Positions 1 to 12,900 of a stretch of 64,000 bases of DNA are shown here, in pieces. The notes beneath the pieces were generated by a model. It made no database searches. It saw only the letters and a list, made by a program, of their open reading frames with translations, and was not told the DNA's origin. Position 1 is the stretch's first letter. Each line of letters starts with the position of its first letter. The stretch is from the NCBI RefSeq assembly GCF_031769215.1, contig NW_026782359.1:62001-126000 (forward strand), read 5' to 3'. Made by a program: the position numbers and the translations under genes. This stretch comes from Ylistrum balloti. Taxonomy: Eukaryota.

Positions 1-2790
1 CCACCTTTTAGAGGCAAACATTGATACCTTGTCCCTGAATTGACAACCTTTCAGAGGGTAAACATTGATACCTTGTCCCTGAACTGACCACCTTTTAGAG
101 GCAAACATTGATACCTTGTCCCTGAACTGACAAACTTTTAGAGGGTAAACATTGATACCTTGTCCCTGAATTGACAACCTTTCAGAGGGTAAACATCGAT
201 ACCTTGTCCCTGAATTGACAACCTTTTAGAGGTAAACATTGATACCTTGTCCCTGAATTGACAACCTTTTAGAGGCAAACATTGATACCTTGTCCCTGAA
301 TTGACAACCTTTTAGAGGTAAACATTGATACCTTGTCCCTGAACTGACCACCTTTTAGAGGCAAACATTGATACCTTGTCCCTGAATTGACAACCTTTCA
401 GAGGGTAAACATTGATACCTTGTCCCTGAACTGACAACCTTTTAGAGGGTAAACATTGATACCTTGTCCCTGAACTGACCACCTTTTAGAGGATAAACAT
501 CGATACCTTGTCCCTGAACTGACCTTTTAAAGGGTAAACATCGATACCTTGTCCCTGAACTGACAACCTTTTAGAGGGTAAACATTGATACCTTGTCCCT
601 GAATTGACAACCTTTCAGAGGGTAAACATTGATACCTTGTCCCTGAACTGACCACCTTTTAGAGGGTAAACATTGATACCATGTCCCTGAACTGACAACC
701 TTTTAGAGGGTAAACATTGATACCATATCCCTGAACTGACAACATTTTAGAGGATAAACATCGATACCTTGTCCCTGAACTGACCACCTTTTAGAGGATA
801 AACATCGATACCTTGTCCCTGAACTGACAACCTTTTAGAGGTAAACATTGATACCTTGTCCCTGAATTGACAACCTTTTAGAGGCAAACATTGATACCTT
901 GTCCCTGAATTGACAACCTTTTAGAGGTAAACATTGATACCTTGTCCCTGAACTGACCACCTTTTAGAGGCAAACATTGATACCTTGTCCCTGAATTGAC
1001 AACCTTTCAGAGGGTAAACATTGATACCTTGTCCCTGAACTGACCACCTTTTAGAGGCAAACATTGACACCTTGTCCCTGAACTGACAAACTTTTAGAGG
1101 GTAAACATTGATACCTTGTCCCTGAATTGACAACCTTTCAGAGGGTAAACATTGATACCTTGTCCCTGAATTGACAACCTTTTAGAGGTAAACATTGATA
1201 CCTTGTCCCTGAATTGACAACCTTTTAGAGGCAAACATTGATACCTTGTCCCTGAATTGACAACCTTTTAGAGGTAAACATTGATACCTTGTCCCTGAAC
1301 TGACCACCTTTTAGAGGCAAACATTGATACCTTGTCCCTGAATTGACAACCTTTCAGAGGGTAAACATTGATACCTTGTCCCTGAACTGACAACCTTTTA
1401 GAGGGTAAACATTGATACCTTGTCCCTGAACTGACCACCTTTTAGAGGATAAACATCGATACCTTGTCCCTGAACTGACCTTTTAGAGGGTAAACATTGA
1501 TACCTTGTCCCTGAACTGACAACCTTTTAGAGGGTAAACATTGATACCTTGTCCCTGAATTGACAACCTTTCAGAGGGTAAACATTGATACCTTGTCCCT
1601 GAACTGACCACCTTTTAGAGGGTAAACATTGATACCATGTCCCTGAACTGACAACCTTTTAGAGGGTAAACATTGATACCATATCCCTGAACTGACAACA
1701 TTTTAGAGGATAAACATCGATACCTTGTCCCTGAACTGACCACCTTTTAGAGGATAAACATCGATACCTTGTCCCTGAACTGACAACCTTTTAGAGGTAA
1801 ACATTGATACCTTGTCCCTGAATTGACAACCTTTTAGAGGCAAACATTGATACCTTGTCCCTGAATTGACAACCTTTTAGAGGTAAACATTGATACCTTG
1901 TCCCTGAACTGACCACCTTTTAGAGGCAAACATTGATACCTTGTCCCTGAATTGACAACCTTTCAGAGGGTAAACATTGATACCTTGTCCCTGAACTGAC
2001 CACCTTTTAGAGGCAAACATTGATACCTTGTCCCTGAACTGACAAACTTTTAGAGGGTAAACATTGATACCTTGTCCCTGAATTGACAACCTTTCAGAGG
2101 GTAAACATTGATACCTTGTCCCTGAATTGACAACCTTTTAGAGGTAAACATTGATACCTTGTCCCTGAATTGACAACCTTTTAGAGGCAAACATTGATAC
2201 CTTGTCCCTGAATTGACAACCTTTTAGAGGTAAACATTGATACCTTGTCCCTGAACTGACCACCTTTTAGAGGCAAACATTGATACCTTGTCCCTGAATT
2301 GACAACCTTTCAGAGGGTAAACATTGATACCTTGTCCCTGAACTGACCACCTTTTAGAGGATAAACATTGATACCTTGTCCCTGAACTGACCTTTTAGAG
2401 GGTAAACATTGATACCTTGTCCCTGAACTGACAACCTTTTAGAGGGTAAACATTGATACCTTGTCCCTGAATTGACAACCTTTCAGAGGGTAAACATTGA
2501 TACCTTGTCCCTGAACTGACCACCTTTTAGAGGGTAAATATTGATACCATGTCCCTGAACTGACAACCTTTTAGAGGGTAAACATTGATACCATATCCCT
2601 GAACTGACAACATTTTAGAGGATAAACATCAATACCTTGTCCCTGAACTGACCACCTTTTAGAGGATAAACATCGATACCTTGTCCCTGAACTGACCACC
2701 TTTTAGAGGATAAACATTGATACCTTGTCCCTGAACTGACAAACTTTTAGAGGATAAACATTAATACCTTGTCCCCGACATGACCTGCTT
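1..2790. repeat. Satellite A: 43-44 bp tandem array, organised as a 956-bp 22-mer higher-order repeat (~2.9 copies); extends past the window start
   Basis: Monomer GATACCTTGTCCCTGAA(C/T)TGAC(A/C)ACCTTTTAGAGG(G)TAAACATT. GATACC recurs at 23, 67, 110, 154 ... 936, 979. The sequence at position 1 recurs at 957 and 1913. The rare variant GATACCATATCC occurs at 719, 1675 and 2587. Confidence 0.97.
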
Positions 2791-2799
2791 TTGAAGGTA

Positions 2800-3830
2800 C
2801 ACATCGATACTCAGACTTGTCTTACATTAGAATATACACATAGTTACCATGACTCTGACCTGACCTACATTAGAAGGTACAAATTGATACCATGACTCTT
2901 ACCTGACCTACATTAGAAGGTACACATTGATACCTTCACTCTGACTTGACCTACATTAGAAGGTACACATTGATACCATGACTCTGATCTGACCTACATT
3001 AGAAGGTACAAATTGATACCATGACTCTGACCTGACCTACATTAGAAGGTACAAATTGATACCATGACTCTGACCTGACCTACATTAGAAGGTACACATT
3101 GATACATTGACTCTGACCTGACCTACATTAGAAGGTACAAATTGATACCATGACTCTTACCTGACCTACATTAGAAGGTACACATTGATACCTTCACTCT
3201 GACTTGACCTACATTAGAAGGTACACATTGATACCTTCACTCTGACTTGACCTACATTAGAAGGTACACATTGATACATTGACTCTGACCTGACCTACAT
3301 TAGAAGGTACACATTGATACCTTAACTCTGACTTGACCTACATTAGAAGGTACACATTGATACCTTCACTCTGACTTGACCTACATTAGAAGGTACACAT
3401 TGATACATTGACTCTGACCTGACCTACATTAGAAGGTACACATTGATACCATGACTCTGACCTGACCTACATTAGAAGGTACACATTGATACCTTCACTC
3501 TGACTTGACCTACATTAGAAGGTACACATTGATACATTGACTCTGACCTGACCTACATTAGAAGGTACACATTGATACCATGACTCTGACCTGACCTACA
3601 TTAGAAGGTACACATTGATACCTTCACTCTGACTTGACCTACATTAGAAGGTACACATTGATACATTGACTCTGACCTGACCTACATTAGAAGGTACACA
3701 TTGATACCATGACTCTTACCTGACCTACATTAGAAGGTACACATTGATACCTTCACTCTGACTTGACCTACATTAGAAGGCACATATTGACACACTGCCC
3801 CTGACTTGTCTTACATTAGAAGGCACATAT
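2800..3830. repeat. Satellite B: 43-bp tandem array (~24 copies) related to satellite A
   Basis: Monomer GATACCATGACTCTGACCTGACCTACATTAGAAGGTACACATT; a hand alignment to satellite A gives 31/43 identities. Three variants (CATTGAC, CCATGAC, CCTTCAC) cycle with a 129-bp period over ~3400-3780. Confidence 0.95.
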
Positions 3831-4138
3831 TGACATCCTGACTCTGACTTGGCCTTCCTCAGAATTTGCAATTAGATTTCCTGACTCTGACATGATATGT
3901 GTTAGAATGTACACGTTGATAACCTGTCCCTGATCTAACACTGAGGGTATACATGAAGGTAAACACTGATATCCTTTCCCTGACATACATCTGAAGGTAG
4001 ACACTGATATCCTATCCCTGACATACATTTGAAGGTAAACGCTAATACCCTGTCATTGAGCTACCTTTCAGCGTTAACACTGATACCCTGTACCAGACTT
4101 GAGGCTCTTGCTCTCACTCATTTGACATACCTTTGAGA
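3831..4138. repeat. Degenerate satellite monomers running up to and across the PAAT exon splice donor
   Basis: Decayed units such as CCCTGACATACATTTGAAGGTAAAC (~4016-4040) match the exon/intron junction TTTGACATACCTTTGAGAGT (4121-4140). Confidence 0.7.
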
Positions 4139-4711
4139 GTTGTTCAACAGGCTTTGATCAGTTCTGCTCTCCGGAGTTTCGTTGTTCCCATCAAGATGAA
4201 CTGTTCTGGTCTGAGACACTTTGCCACATATGTTTTTTAACATCTGGTACATATCTCCTTCTTCCACCCTATCATTAGAGTTCTCAGGGAATGATCCTAC
4301 TGCAGAATCTCTTGATCCAGATACATTCAGTGACGGTATTGCGAACATATTTGCCTGATTTGCTGACGTTGAATCAGTTTGATGATGTGTTTCTGTTTTA
4401 TCATTAGTAACTAAGGGTTTATTTAAATCGTCATTATTATTCCGGAATCCTAATCTAGATGTTCCCGCTTCAGAAATATTCCTTGAATCTGAGTGGTTAC
4501 CTACCAGAGGAGTATCCCTAAACCCTAACTGGCCAGATTGTGTGGTGTCTCTTTGGATGCCCTGTGAACCAGACTGGGTTGTAGTAGACATGTTAGAGAA
4601 CATGGACATGAGACCCATTAGCTCCATCATTCCTGGTCGAGGGGAGCCAGCAGATGCCTGTGATGTTTGACCAAGCATTCCTTGAAGACCTGACACAGCA
4701 CTTTTTTTGTT
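4131..4711 (-). CDS. C10orf88: PAAT (C10orf88) homolog, coding exon 4 (low-complexity region plus MYQMLKNICGKVSQ); the gene continues beyond the window start
   Basis: Acceptor TTTATTCTCAG and donor AAG|GTATGT at 4130. MYQMLKNICGKVSQ resembles human LLPFLQNLCSQVNH. The conserved C-terminal helix is missing, which implies further exon(s) before position 1. Confidence 0.82.
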
Positions 4712-5515
4712 CTGAGAATAAAGGACAAAACTTGTGTCAAACAAAGTAAGAAAATCCAGATCTGTGCAATTAATGTGACATGGGAATATCTAGCTTAGTT
4801 GACCAGTGAAAAAACACAAAATAGGGCAGGTGACCCAGGGTTTTCCATAATTTTGTTAGTTGTAGGCTGTGTAGTGAAAGTAGGAGGCTTGCCTGCCGTG
4901 TACGTGTGCGGAACTTTATTACGGAACTGGATTGGTGTAGGCGGCCAAATGATCAAAGTAGCTGTGTCAAATTGGCCGGCAACAAGCTCTTATGGAAAAC
5001 CCAGTGACACCATATCATTCCTTGACTGAATAGGGAATCAACCACAGTTATCTGGGTGAAATACAAGCTCCTTACCACTACATCATTCAACCATTCAAGG
5101 CTGATTACTAATTTGTTGCCCTAGCTTATGACCGAGATCCATGATTACAATATATGTATAACAAGTAATATGATGTAAAATTCACTGATCTAAAAAGAAA
5201 ATAATTCAAAATAATGAGGAATGATAGTGTGATAAAACATGACTAAATGCTTTTAATATCTATGGTAAAGATAAGTACAAAAATACTTAGTTATTACAGA
5301 ACAGATATGAGTGTTACAAATGTTAAGGGAGATAACTCCTACAAAAAAGGATAAATTTTTTCTGCAGAAGGATAGTTAACCTACAAGACATTACATAATA
5401 TTACATAATACATCTTTGGTTATCGTTTGATAGTTAAACAACAATACAGATTGGTGTCAAGTAAGGGGTATGTAAATTTAAGGATGAGTTCACATATAAA
5501 TTACATGTATATGTA

Positions 5516-5645
5516 TATGGTCAGTTGGGTAGTGCAGTGGTAACAAAGTTGCTGTTCACTTAGGCAACCTTGGATCTGAAAAAAATTTTGGCTCATTTCC
5601 CCAAACAAAATGGTTTTCCTCAAGTTCTCTGACTTTCCTATAAAA
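5516..5645 (+). mobile_element. Possible decayed tRNA-derived SINE in a PAAT intron
   Basis: A-box-like GGTAGTGCAGTGGTAA followed by GGTTTTCCTCAAGTTCTCTGACTTTCCT, which resembles SINE body motifs. It is highly degenerate. Confidence 0.3.
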
Positions 5646-5790
5646 GTTTGGTTTTTATTTAAACAATGTACATATAAAAGCCAGGAGAGGAAAATCTCGA
5701 AAAGGGAAGAAATATGAAGTGATATTGTAGGCTTGTATCAAATTAACACTTTCTAAGATTTCAAAGTTATAAAAAGCTAATTTACTTTAC

Positions 5791-5985
5791 CAGTTGGAAT
5801 TGTTCCACTGATCTCATGAGCTGTTGTGCTGCTGGTGACATTGTATCTGTGTCCACAAAACTTTTGACTTTATCCATGTTGAAGGACGATGAAACCTCTA
5901 CATTATCAACATCCTCTGCCTCTGGGTTAAGGATCAGCACAATGTTGTAGATATTGAACCTCTTCATGTTACTGGTGCTAGGAAA
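5791..5985 (-). CDS. C10orf88: PAAT (C10orf88) homolog, coding exon 3
   Basis: Acceptor TTTCTTCCATTATAG and donor CTG|GTAAAG; 195 nt, phase 0/0. FNMDKVKSF...MSPAAQQLMRSVEQFQ matches human IDLDKVQTIM...LSPGAQQLMDMVRCQQ. Confidence 0.88.
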
Positions 5986-6758
5986 CTATAATGGAAGAAA
6001 CTACAGGTGTACACAAGTATAACAATAGAATATATAAATGATTAGTTATGTCGTATTAATGAATCAAGTTAGCCTTCACAGAATAACAGGTGTTTCATAT
6101 ATAATTATGTTTTGGTTATGGTTCAAAGTATCCTCTCGAGAATTAACAGGGGGTATTACTATATATGTACAAATCTTTGACCGTGATAACATCTAATTGA
6201 TTGATTCTTCTGAACATCGAGGGTAGAATAAGCCAGCTTTTTATATTTAAACAAATAAATATTAAATAATCCCTAATTATCTTCTTCTAGGGAAGTACAA
6301 GGGGAGAATCTGAGATATAACTATGACAATTATAACAGCATATTAACATTGTAACACTATGACCCAGAAATGCACTATACAATTTTTTGACAAAGTCAGT
6401 ATTATTGATAGAAAGACTTCAGAATTTTCCATTCAAACTAGATTTATATAGTCAAAGAATGAGGGCACGGTCACTACAGCATTGACCTACAATGAAGATC
6501 CATTAAGGTGTGATGCTCCCTATCTGTTGCGGTTTGTGTTTCTCAGAAAACTAATAAACAGATTAGGCACGGCTGTCATGGTTGGTCAATACATTTTCTC
6601 CAATTGTTTTAGATGGCTATCGACAGGCATTCCATATATTATTCAGTAAGGTAGCTACCAGGTACCACAAAGAGTCCCCACCTCAAAATCACCCTTACTG
6701 TTCCTAGGACAATCAATCTAGCAAACAAACAAATATTAATATAAGCAGTAAATCATAC

Positions 6759-7098
6759 CTTGAGTGTAAATCCAAATAAGGTCTCTCTGAGTCGGACACG
6801 ACAACTAAACATGTCACTCTGGTTTTCTCCACCTTCTGCGTCTAAGCAAGGCATACGCTTGCCCCTTGATGTTGTCATGTACCCCTCACAGGTGTCATAA
6901 ACCTCCAGTGACCTGGATTGACTGATAATGTCCACCCCTAGAACACTGACTCGGTACTGTGGTTTACTAGTTATGGAGAGTGTACAAGGTTCCCTGGAGT
7001 CTCCAGTCAGCTGGTCATTACTGGCACATTCCAAGGTCAAACAGCTGTCCATGAAGTTATTAGGGGGGATGTAATCTGTCCCACTGGTCTCCAATGAT
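6759..7098 (-). CDS. C10orf88: PAAT (C10orf88) homolog, coding exon 2
   Basis: Acceptor TTTTACAG and donor AAG|GTATGA. EPCTLSI...IISQSRSLEVYDTCEGYMTTSRGK matches human NPCFLYL...ILSSARNMEVYLGEEYCGTSRGK as I recall it. Confidence 0.88.
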
Positions 7099-7450
7099 CT
7101 GTAAAACAATATTCAGTTTGAACCTGATCTATTCAATCATTTAACCTGACAACAAAACTGATACATATTCTAAACCTTTGACCACCCATTAAAATACAAT
7201 GAAACTTTGCTGTAGAGATTATCAGTAAAATTTCCAAAAACTTAACAATTTCAATTTAACTCATTAAACCTGTACTACATAGAAGAAGCCATAATACCAA
7301 ATACCAATAAAGATGCCAATGGTGACTACATGCCCATTTATCACCATTCCTCAGAGAGGTGAACTAAAGATGTATCAGTATACAAATAATATCATTTCAT
7401 AGTTTTAAAGATCAGGTTCTATGTTTATTTTCATTGCTCTAACTACATAC

Positions 7451-7545
7451 CCATCTATACTATCAAACAGGTAAGAGACAACACAAGCTGGGTCCTTGTC
7501 AAACTCCCAGGATGGAAGGACTGTGCAGTAGTCTACACCAGCCAT
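7451..7545 (-). CDS. C10orf88: PAAT (C10orf88) homolog, first coding exon (MAGVDYCTVLPSWEF...SIDG)
   Basis: ATG at 7545; donor GG|GTATGT at 7450. The phase-2 end fits the next exon. PSWEF resembles the N-terminal SSWDV motif of vertebrate C10orf88. Confidence 0.75.
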
Positions 7546-9764
7546 GGACACTTCAACACCAACACTCTTCATAAAGTAAAGAAAAAATGGGATTTGCATA
7601 GTCAAATATATAATATATAAATATATAAGAGTATACAGTATGTATACACATGCATAGAGATAAGGATAAATATATTTGTACTCTTGTAGTAGAACTGGAC
7701 TGGGCTAGCCTACTGAAAAGGAAATTGTTGCAAGCTTAGAAGGAATTGTTGATTAAACAAGCACAAATCTAGAGAAAGTTAAGAGAAAAATGTTGTATCT
7801 TTACATCAATGTATGATCAATAACTATTGCGATATTGTAAACTATATAAAACATTACCTGAATACTAACCATTGCAGGGGTTGCTAGTATTTGATGTTTT
7901 TATATAGGAAGAAATTCTAACGATAAGTCTATGACTAAGACAAGAAAAAATCATGGATATTTATTCAGAACCCTTTGGACTACATCATGTGCAAACATGT
8001 CAGGTGTATATACAGAGTGGACACTGTATATACACTATATCACTACCTTTATAAACTTGTAGAAATGTTATAATTTGTCTCTATGCTTGTTTGGTTTACT
8101 TAATTGACACATAGATTTTAGTTTGAATTCTTCAACTATCAAAACAATCAGTCTTTGATTTTCTGTGTTTATGAAACTCTGTGATGTAAATAGGATGTCT
8201 AGATCTGCTCTGCATTAAAAATATATACAACAACATGGAGATATTGAGTGGAAAATCTTGACAACATAAAAGCAACATTTCGACATTCAGGATAAATATA
8301 TATGTATACATTATTGTATTCTTTATTCTATTTTTTTTCTTTTTTAACAGGTGGACGCAATTTTATGTATCATCACATAGTCAACTCTAATAGATAGTAT
8401 TGCATTATCAATGTGTACTAGAATTTCATAGGAGACCAAGAACACGTAAAATTGTGAACTGAATATTCTGCGAAGAAAATGGAACATGCAGCCCCGCCCC
8501 CGCAGTCTAAGCTTATCCCAGAAAACTATACCAGATGTACAACATATATTTCGCCCATGCTATGTGACCTTGCGCATTGTTACCTTGTGGTGACAGTGTG
8601 GTATTTATGGAGTTCCGTCAGTATCCTTCGTGATGGTTATTACTAGCCTATTGCGATCACGACAAATCATCTACATTTATGATAAAGCGAAACGTGATTC
8701 CTTGGTCTAGTCATGCTTTCATTTTATTGTTGACACTTTTACCACATAAAAGAGTTCGGTCAGGGGCATGTAAGCCTGTTTTCGCAAACAGTATTGATTA
8801 TCTCCCTTTGGTCGTATTTTCCAAGGTAGCAATACACAGTTTCTGAGTGTGAATGTACGTGGGTGGTATTTTTAATTTATTATTTTACCCTATTATAACG
8901 TTGTTTTTTAAATGACAACAAATAAATCCTTGCTAAATTTGCAATGTCATTTTGAAGCGGACAACTTGGGGCTTCAGAATAATATTTTAGCATGGTGTTA
9001 GAGATTACCATTTGAGCAGTCTCCCTCCTGTGTTTACGCAGCAAAAACTAGGTAGAGAAAATTCCCTTTATTATTGTCAGCACGTGTTCATGCTGTGAAG
9101 CCGATCTGAGCTGCAGTTTGCTGAAACGTAAGAAGTTTGTTACCACGACATTGGTATTTATTTTCAAACAGGTGTTCAGAGCTAAATTCCTCCTATGAAG
9201 TTGTAGTTTTGGATTGAAATTTGTCGGGTTTTTCCCCGCATAAGCATTTGTAGAGTTGGTAACCGTGGCAATCAAAAGTGAAATGTAAAAAGGGATTTTT
9301 TTTGGTGGATACAATTTTACATTTCTCTACTGTTACCGTAATTTTCATGTAGTTTAGTACGAGCGAAAACGCACCTTTGTGAAAACAACGTTATATTCCG
9401 AAATTACTTTAAAACGTCGTCTGCTTTCAGCATTACAGTCGAGGTCATACATGTTTATAACGTAACAAGATGGATCCGCCAACATAATGGCCAAATCAAA
9501 CTACCAGCAAGAGAAAACATAGTCATTCTGCTCTCTGGATAGGAATGCGACCACACAAACTAATGCAACAGTGATCAGTGGATCCATACACACAGACAAA
9601 AGGTAGGAATCCTGCCTGAAACCGATGTACAAACCAACTTATGCCATTTGGCAACGGGATCAGCAATTACTCTGAGCAATGTCTTTTAGCCACCATCCAT
9701 GTAAAAGATCATCACAGAAATTTACAATTTGGAAAGGATATCGCTTGTATAAATCGATTCAAAG

Positions 9765-10177
9765 CTAGGTCTGAAACTCCCACAAAAACCTCCCAAACAG
9801 CAGTCACTACACATTCTTCTCCGAAGCGCCCTAGGTCTGAAACTCCCACAAAAACCTCCCAAACAGCAGTCACTCCACATTCTACTCCGAAGCGCCCTAG
9901 GTCTGAAACTCCCACTAAAACCCCCCAAACAGCAGTCACTCCACATTCTACTCCGAAGCGCCCTAGGTCTGAAACTCACACAAAAACCTCCCAAACAGCA
10001 GTCACTCCACATTCTACTCCGAAGCGCCCTAGGTCTGAAACTCCCACAAAAACCTCCCAAACAGCAGTCACTCCACATTCTACTCCGAAGCGCCCTAGGT
10101 CTGAAACTCACACAAAAACCTCCCGAACAGCAGTCACTCCACATTCTACTCCGAAGCGCCCTAGGTCTGAAACTCCC
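9765..10177 (+). repeat. 66-bp minisatellite (~6.2 copies) encoding a 22-aa unit RPRSETPTKTSQTAVTPHSTPK
   Basis: CTAGGTCTGAAACTC recurs at 9765, 9831, 9897, 9963, 10029, 10095 and 10161, all in frame in ORF 9641-10255. Confidence 0.97.
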
Positions 10178-10950
10178 GAATCGACTTCAAAACATGACGG
10201 GACTTCGCCTGCTTTATCCATCGACTCTTTTTCATCCCACGGCTGGGCCAGCTAAAGCATAATTGGGAACCTAGAGTATACAATTCGATAAGATATAGAC
10301 ACAATTAACGCGAAAACGCCAAGTTGATGAATTTTCACATACAAAACATTGTGAAAACCACTGATATCTTATGTATTTTCCTACTCCATCTGGACAACCT
10401 GTCTCCCAGCCATAACTTTCACGCGAAACTTGGGATGAGGGAAACCGCATCTCCCTTTTCAAATACCAAGATGAAATAGTGGAACGTACAATAAATGGAA
10501 CGTTAAATCAGCTTAATTTCCTGATGGGCGTGAGATAATAGTGATGCTGGAAATCAACTTCAACCTTGTAATCTGCATTGTAAACGTATAAATTCCCTAC
10601 CGTCTGGAAAGACTTTTAAAGAGGAATTCAATGCCGTGATCTATGAACTGGAGGAGTGTCTGGACAAATACACGTTTTCACTTGCAGTCTTAATCAGTGG
10701 TGATTTCAATGCCTCAGTGTATAGAAACCCTGCAAATGATAGAGCTCAACATTCTCAAAGAATTCGATGATCTCGTACTTCATGTCCACGCCTAACTGGA
10801 ACGGGGCAACTGTAATCAGTAGTATCGAAATGGTATCCGCGACAATCTAAAAACTACAAACATTATACCAGATATCAACCCAAACCACGAAAGGAAAAAA
10901 CCTAAAAGACTGAGATCAAAACGAAAACGTAAAATTAAAAGAATAAAACA

Positions 10951-11250
10951 GAAATAAGTAAAACAAGGTAGCGTGTGCTAGTAAGATAGAAATAAGTAAA
11001 ACAAGGTAGCGTGTGCTAGTAAGATAGAAATAAGTAAAACAAGGTAGCGTGTGCTAGTAAGATAGAAATAAGTAAAACAAGGTAGCTTGTGCTAGTAAGA
11101 TAGAAATAAGTAAAACAAGGTAGCGTGTGCTAGTAAGATAGAAATAAGTAAAACAAGGTAGCGTGTGCTAGTAAGATAGAAATAAGTAAAACAAGGTAGC
11201 GTGTGCTAGTAAGATAGAAATAAGTAAAACAAGGTAGCGTGTGCTAGTAA
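10951..11250. repeat. 38-bp minisatellite (~7.9 near-identical copies) inside the LINE remnant
   Basis: Unit GAAATAAGTAAAACAAGGTAGCGTGTGCTAGTAAGATA, starting at 10951 and 10989 and continuing. Confidence 0.97.
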
Positions 11251-12816
11251 ACTTGCCAGATAGGCCTGAGAGTGTGTTGGGCCACCACCAATCATGCTAA
11301 CCAAGTGCTGGTCATGAAGAGCCGTTCCATGAGGGCTCAGAGGATGGCCACCACCAGGAAAAGGCGGAACAGATATCGAGAACAACATGAAGAGCAAAAA
11401 CAATGGCAAGACATGCTACAATTCTATATGTTAATCCTTCGTAGGCATACTGGAATCCTCAAGACGGACGGGGATTCCTTGAAACGCCCCTGCTGATATA
11501 CCAAAATGGAACATACAATCCACCAACCACGAGAAAGTACGTCATGTTAGGAAGAAAAAGTCGGATGACATCCTCGAAATTTATGGATGGAATTTTATCA
11601 ACTCAGCATTACAAGCGTTACAATAGCCTTCTACTAAAGAGACCGGAGGATATATTTTTAAGATTTTTAATAAGACTTTTCAGAATGCAACATACCACCA
11701 GTTCACATGATCTTGAGTTACTTTCCGTAAAACTTGTCTGGTATGCTTGAAAATGTAGACTGTTTCAAAAATTAGAACGAGTGTATCATCAAACCTGGCG
11801 AGAGTATGGTCACAACCGATGGAAAGGCCCTCATAGTGTCGTATAGGCTTCATGACAGAAACATGCAGTTGATATGGACGAAAAAATGGTCCTTTGGAGG
11901 AAACAGCGTATTACCTGATGGGACCAGGCATTCAAGATCAAAGAAGAGAAAAAAAACTGGTTCATGACAAGACACTTAAGCCCACACATGGTGTGTATAT
12001 ATAGTCCCGTGACTGCACTGTGATAGTGAGACATTGGGTTACTCCCATTCAGAAATGGAAAACATCGAATATATTTGTCCATATTCTATATTGGTCGGTC
12101 ACATCAAACAATGAATGCGTGATATTTTTCCCCAGAAAATTGCCAGTTAAAATCAAACCTTGGAATATTCATTAGCAGGTAAATAGTCATACAGAAAAGA
12201 CATGAGAAGATTAGAGCTAGAACTTTAACCTTATGAGGTTGGGTCAAAGGTCATTGTACGATATGTTATAGAAGTGCAATATATTCCCCGAAACAGCTGT
12301 ACAAATCAACACTAGTCTCATAACTCAACAAATCAACCTTTAGCTCATCTGAACTCGATAACAATTCAAGTGCTAGATTCAATGCATATCACATCATGGC
12401 AAAATAGTTGGAGTTGACAAAAACTCATTTTAAAGTCGTTCTTGATTAACTCATGTGCTGTTTTATTGTTAAATGATATCTCGTATATCAAAGGAGCACT
12501 AGTGCATAGTTCAACAGCGGAGGTGTGAGAACGTAACTTAGATAAATCATCCAATAATATTTCATGATTTTGTAGTTTGTGATTCAATTACCAAAGTGTT
12601 AATGTAGGAATGATCTGTGAATATTTCTACCCATTCTGTACATCTATTGGAACAATTGTCGTGTAAATAATTGAGAGTCACCAAACTATGTCTTACTGAA
12701 TAGAGTCTGTTATTGTACATGAATATACTACATAAGTGGTACCAAACAATTCGAGAACCAGTACCGGAAAATGAGGCTAATCATATCTTGCTATCGTAGT
12801 CTGAAGGTGATTAAGG

Positions 12817-12900
12817 TACTGTAAATAATCTATATTTCGCGTGGGATTTATTTTCGCGTCAGTACGGGAGCAGTGCCAATCACGAATTCAAATTTCTCGT
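12817..12900 (+). mobile_element. Possible MITE end (TACTGTAAA...ATTTTCGCG type); related copy at ~43045-43218 ending in ACAGTA
   Basis: A TACTGTAAA terminus with TTTCGCG-rich subterminal repeats. The LOXL intron copy has similar GCGC/TCGC motifs and a TTTACGTTCACAGTA end. Confidence 0.35.

Larger units (their letters stand above)
9470..12080 (+). mobile_element. Decayed non-LTR retrotransposon (LINE, CR1/L2-like) with an APE endonuclease remnant
   Basis: The frame at 10621-10728 reads EEFNAVIYELEECLDKYTFSLAVLISGDFNASVYRN, containing the GDFNA APE motif at 10699. It is preceded by PDGREIIVM and ICIVNV*IPY. The basic segment MKSRSMRAQRMATTRKRRNRY...FYMLI fits the EN-RT linker. There are many stops and frameshifts, and the boundaries are approximate. 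Confidence 0.65.

Noticed and set aside
1-3830. CRISPR-like regular repeats; 70-aa ORFs at 921-1133, 1877-2089 and 3816-4028
   Set aside because: The monomers are contiguous with no unique spacers, there are no cas genes, and the context is eukaryotic. The ORFs are translations of the satellite.
4118-4130. Track stop codon (SQRYVK*) as the PAAT C-terminus
   Set aside because: A consensus AAG|GTATGT donor precedes it and the conserved C-terminal helix is missing.
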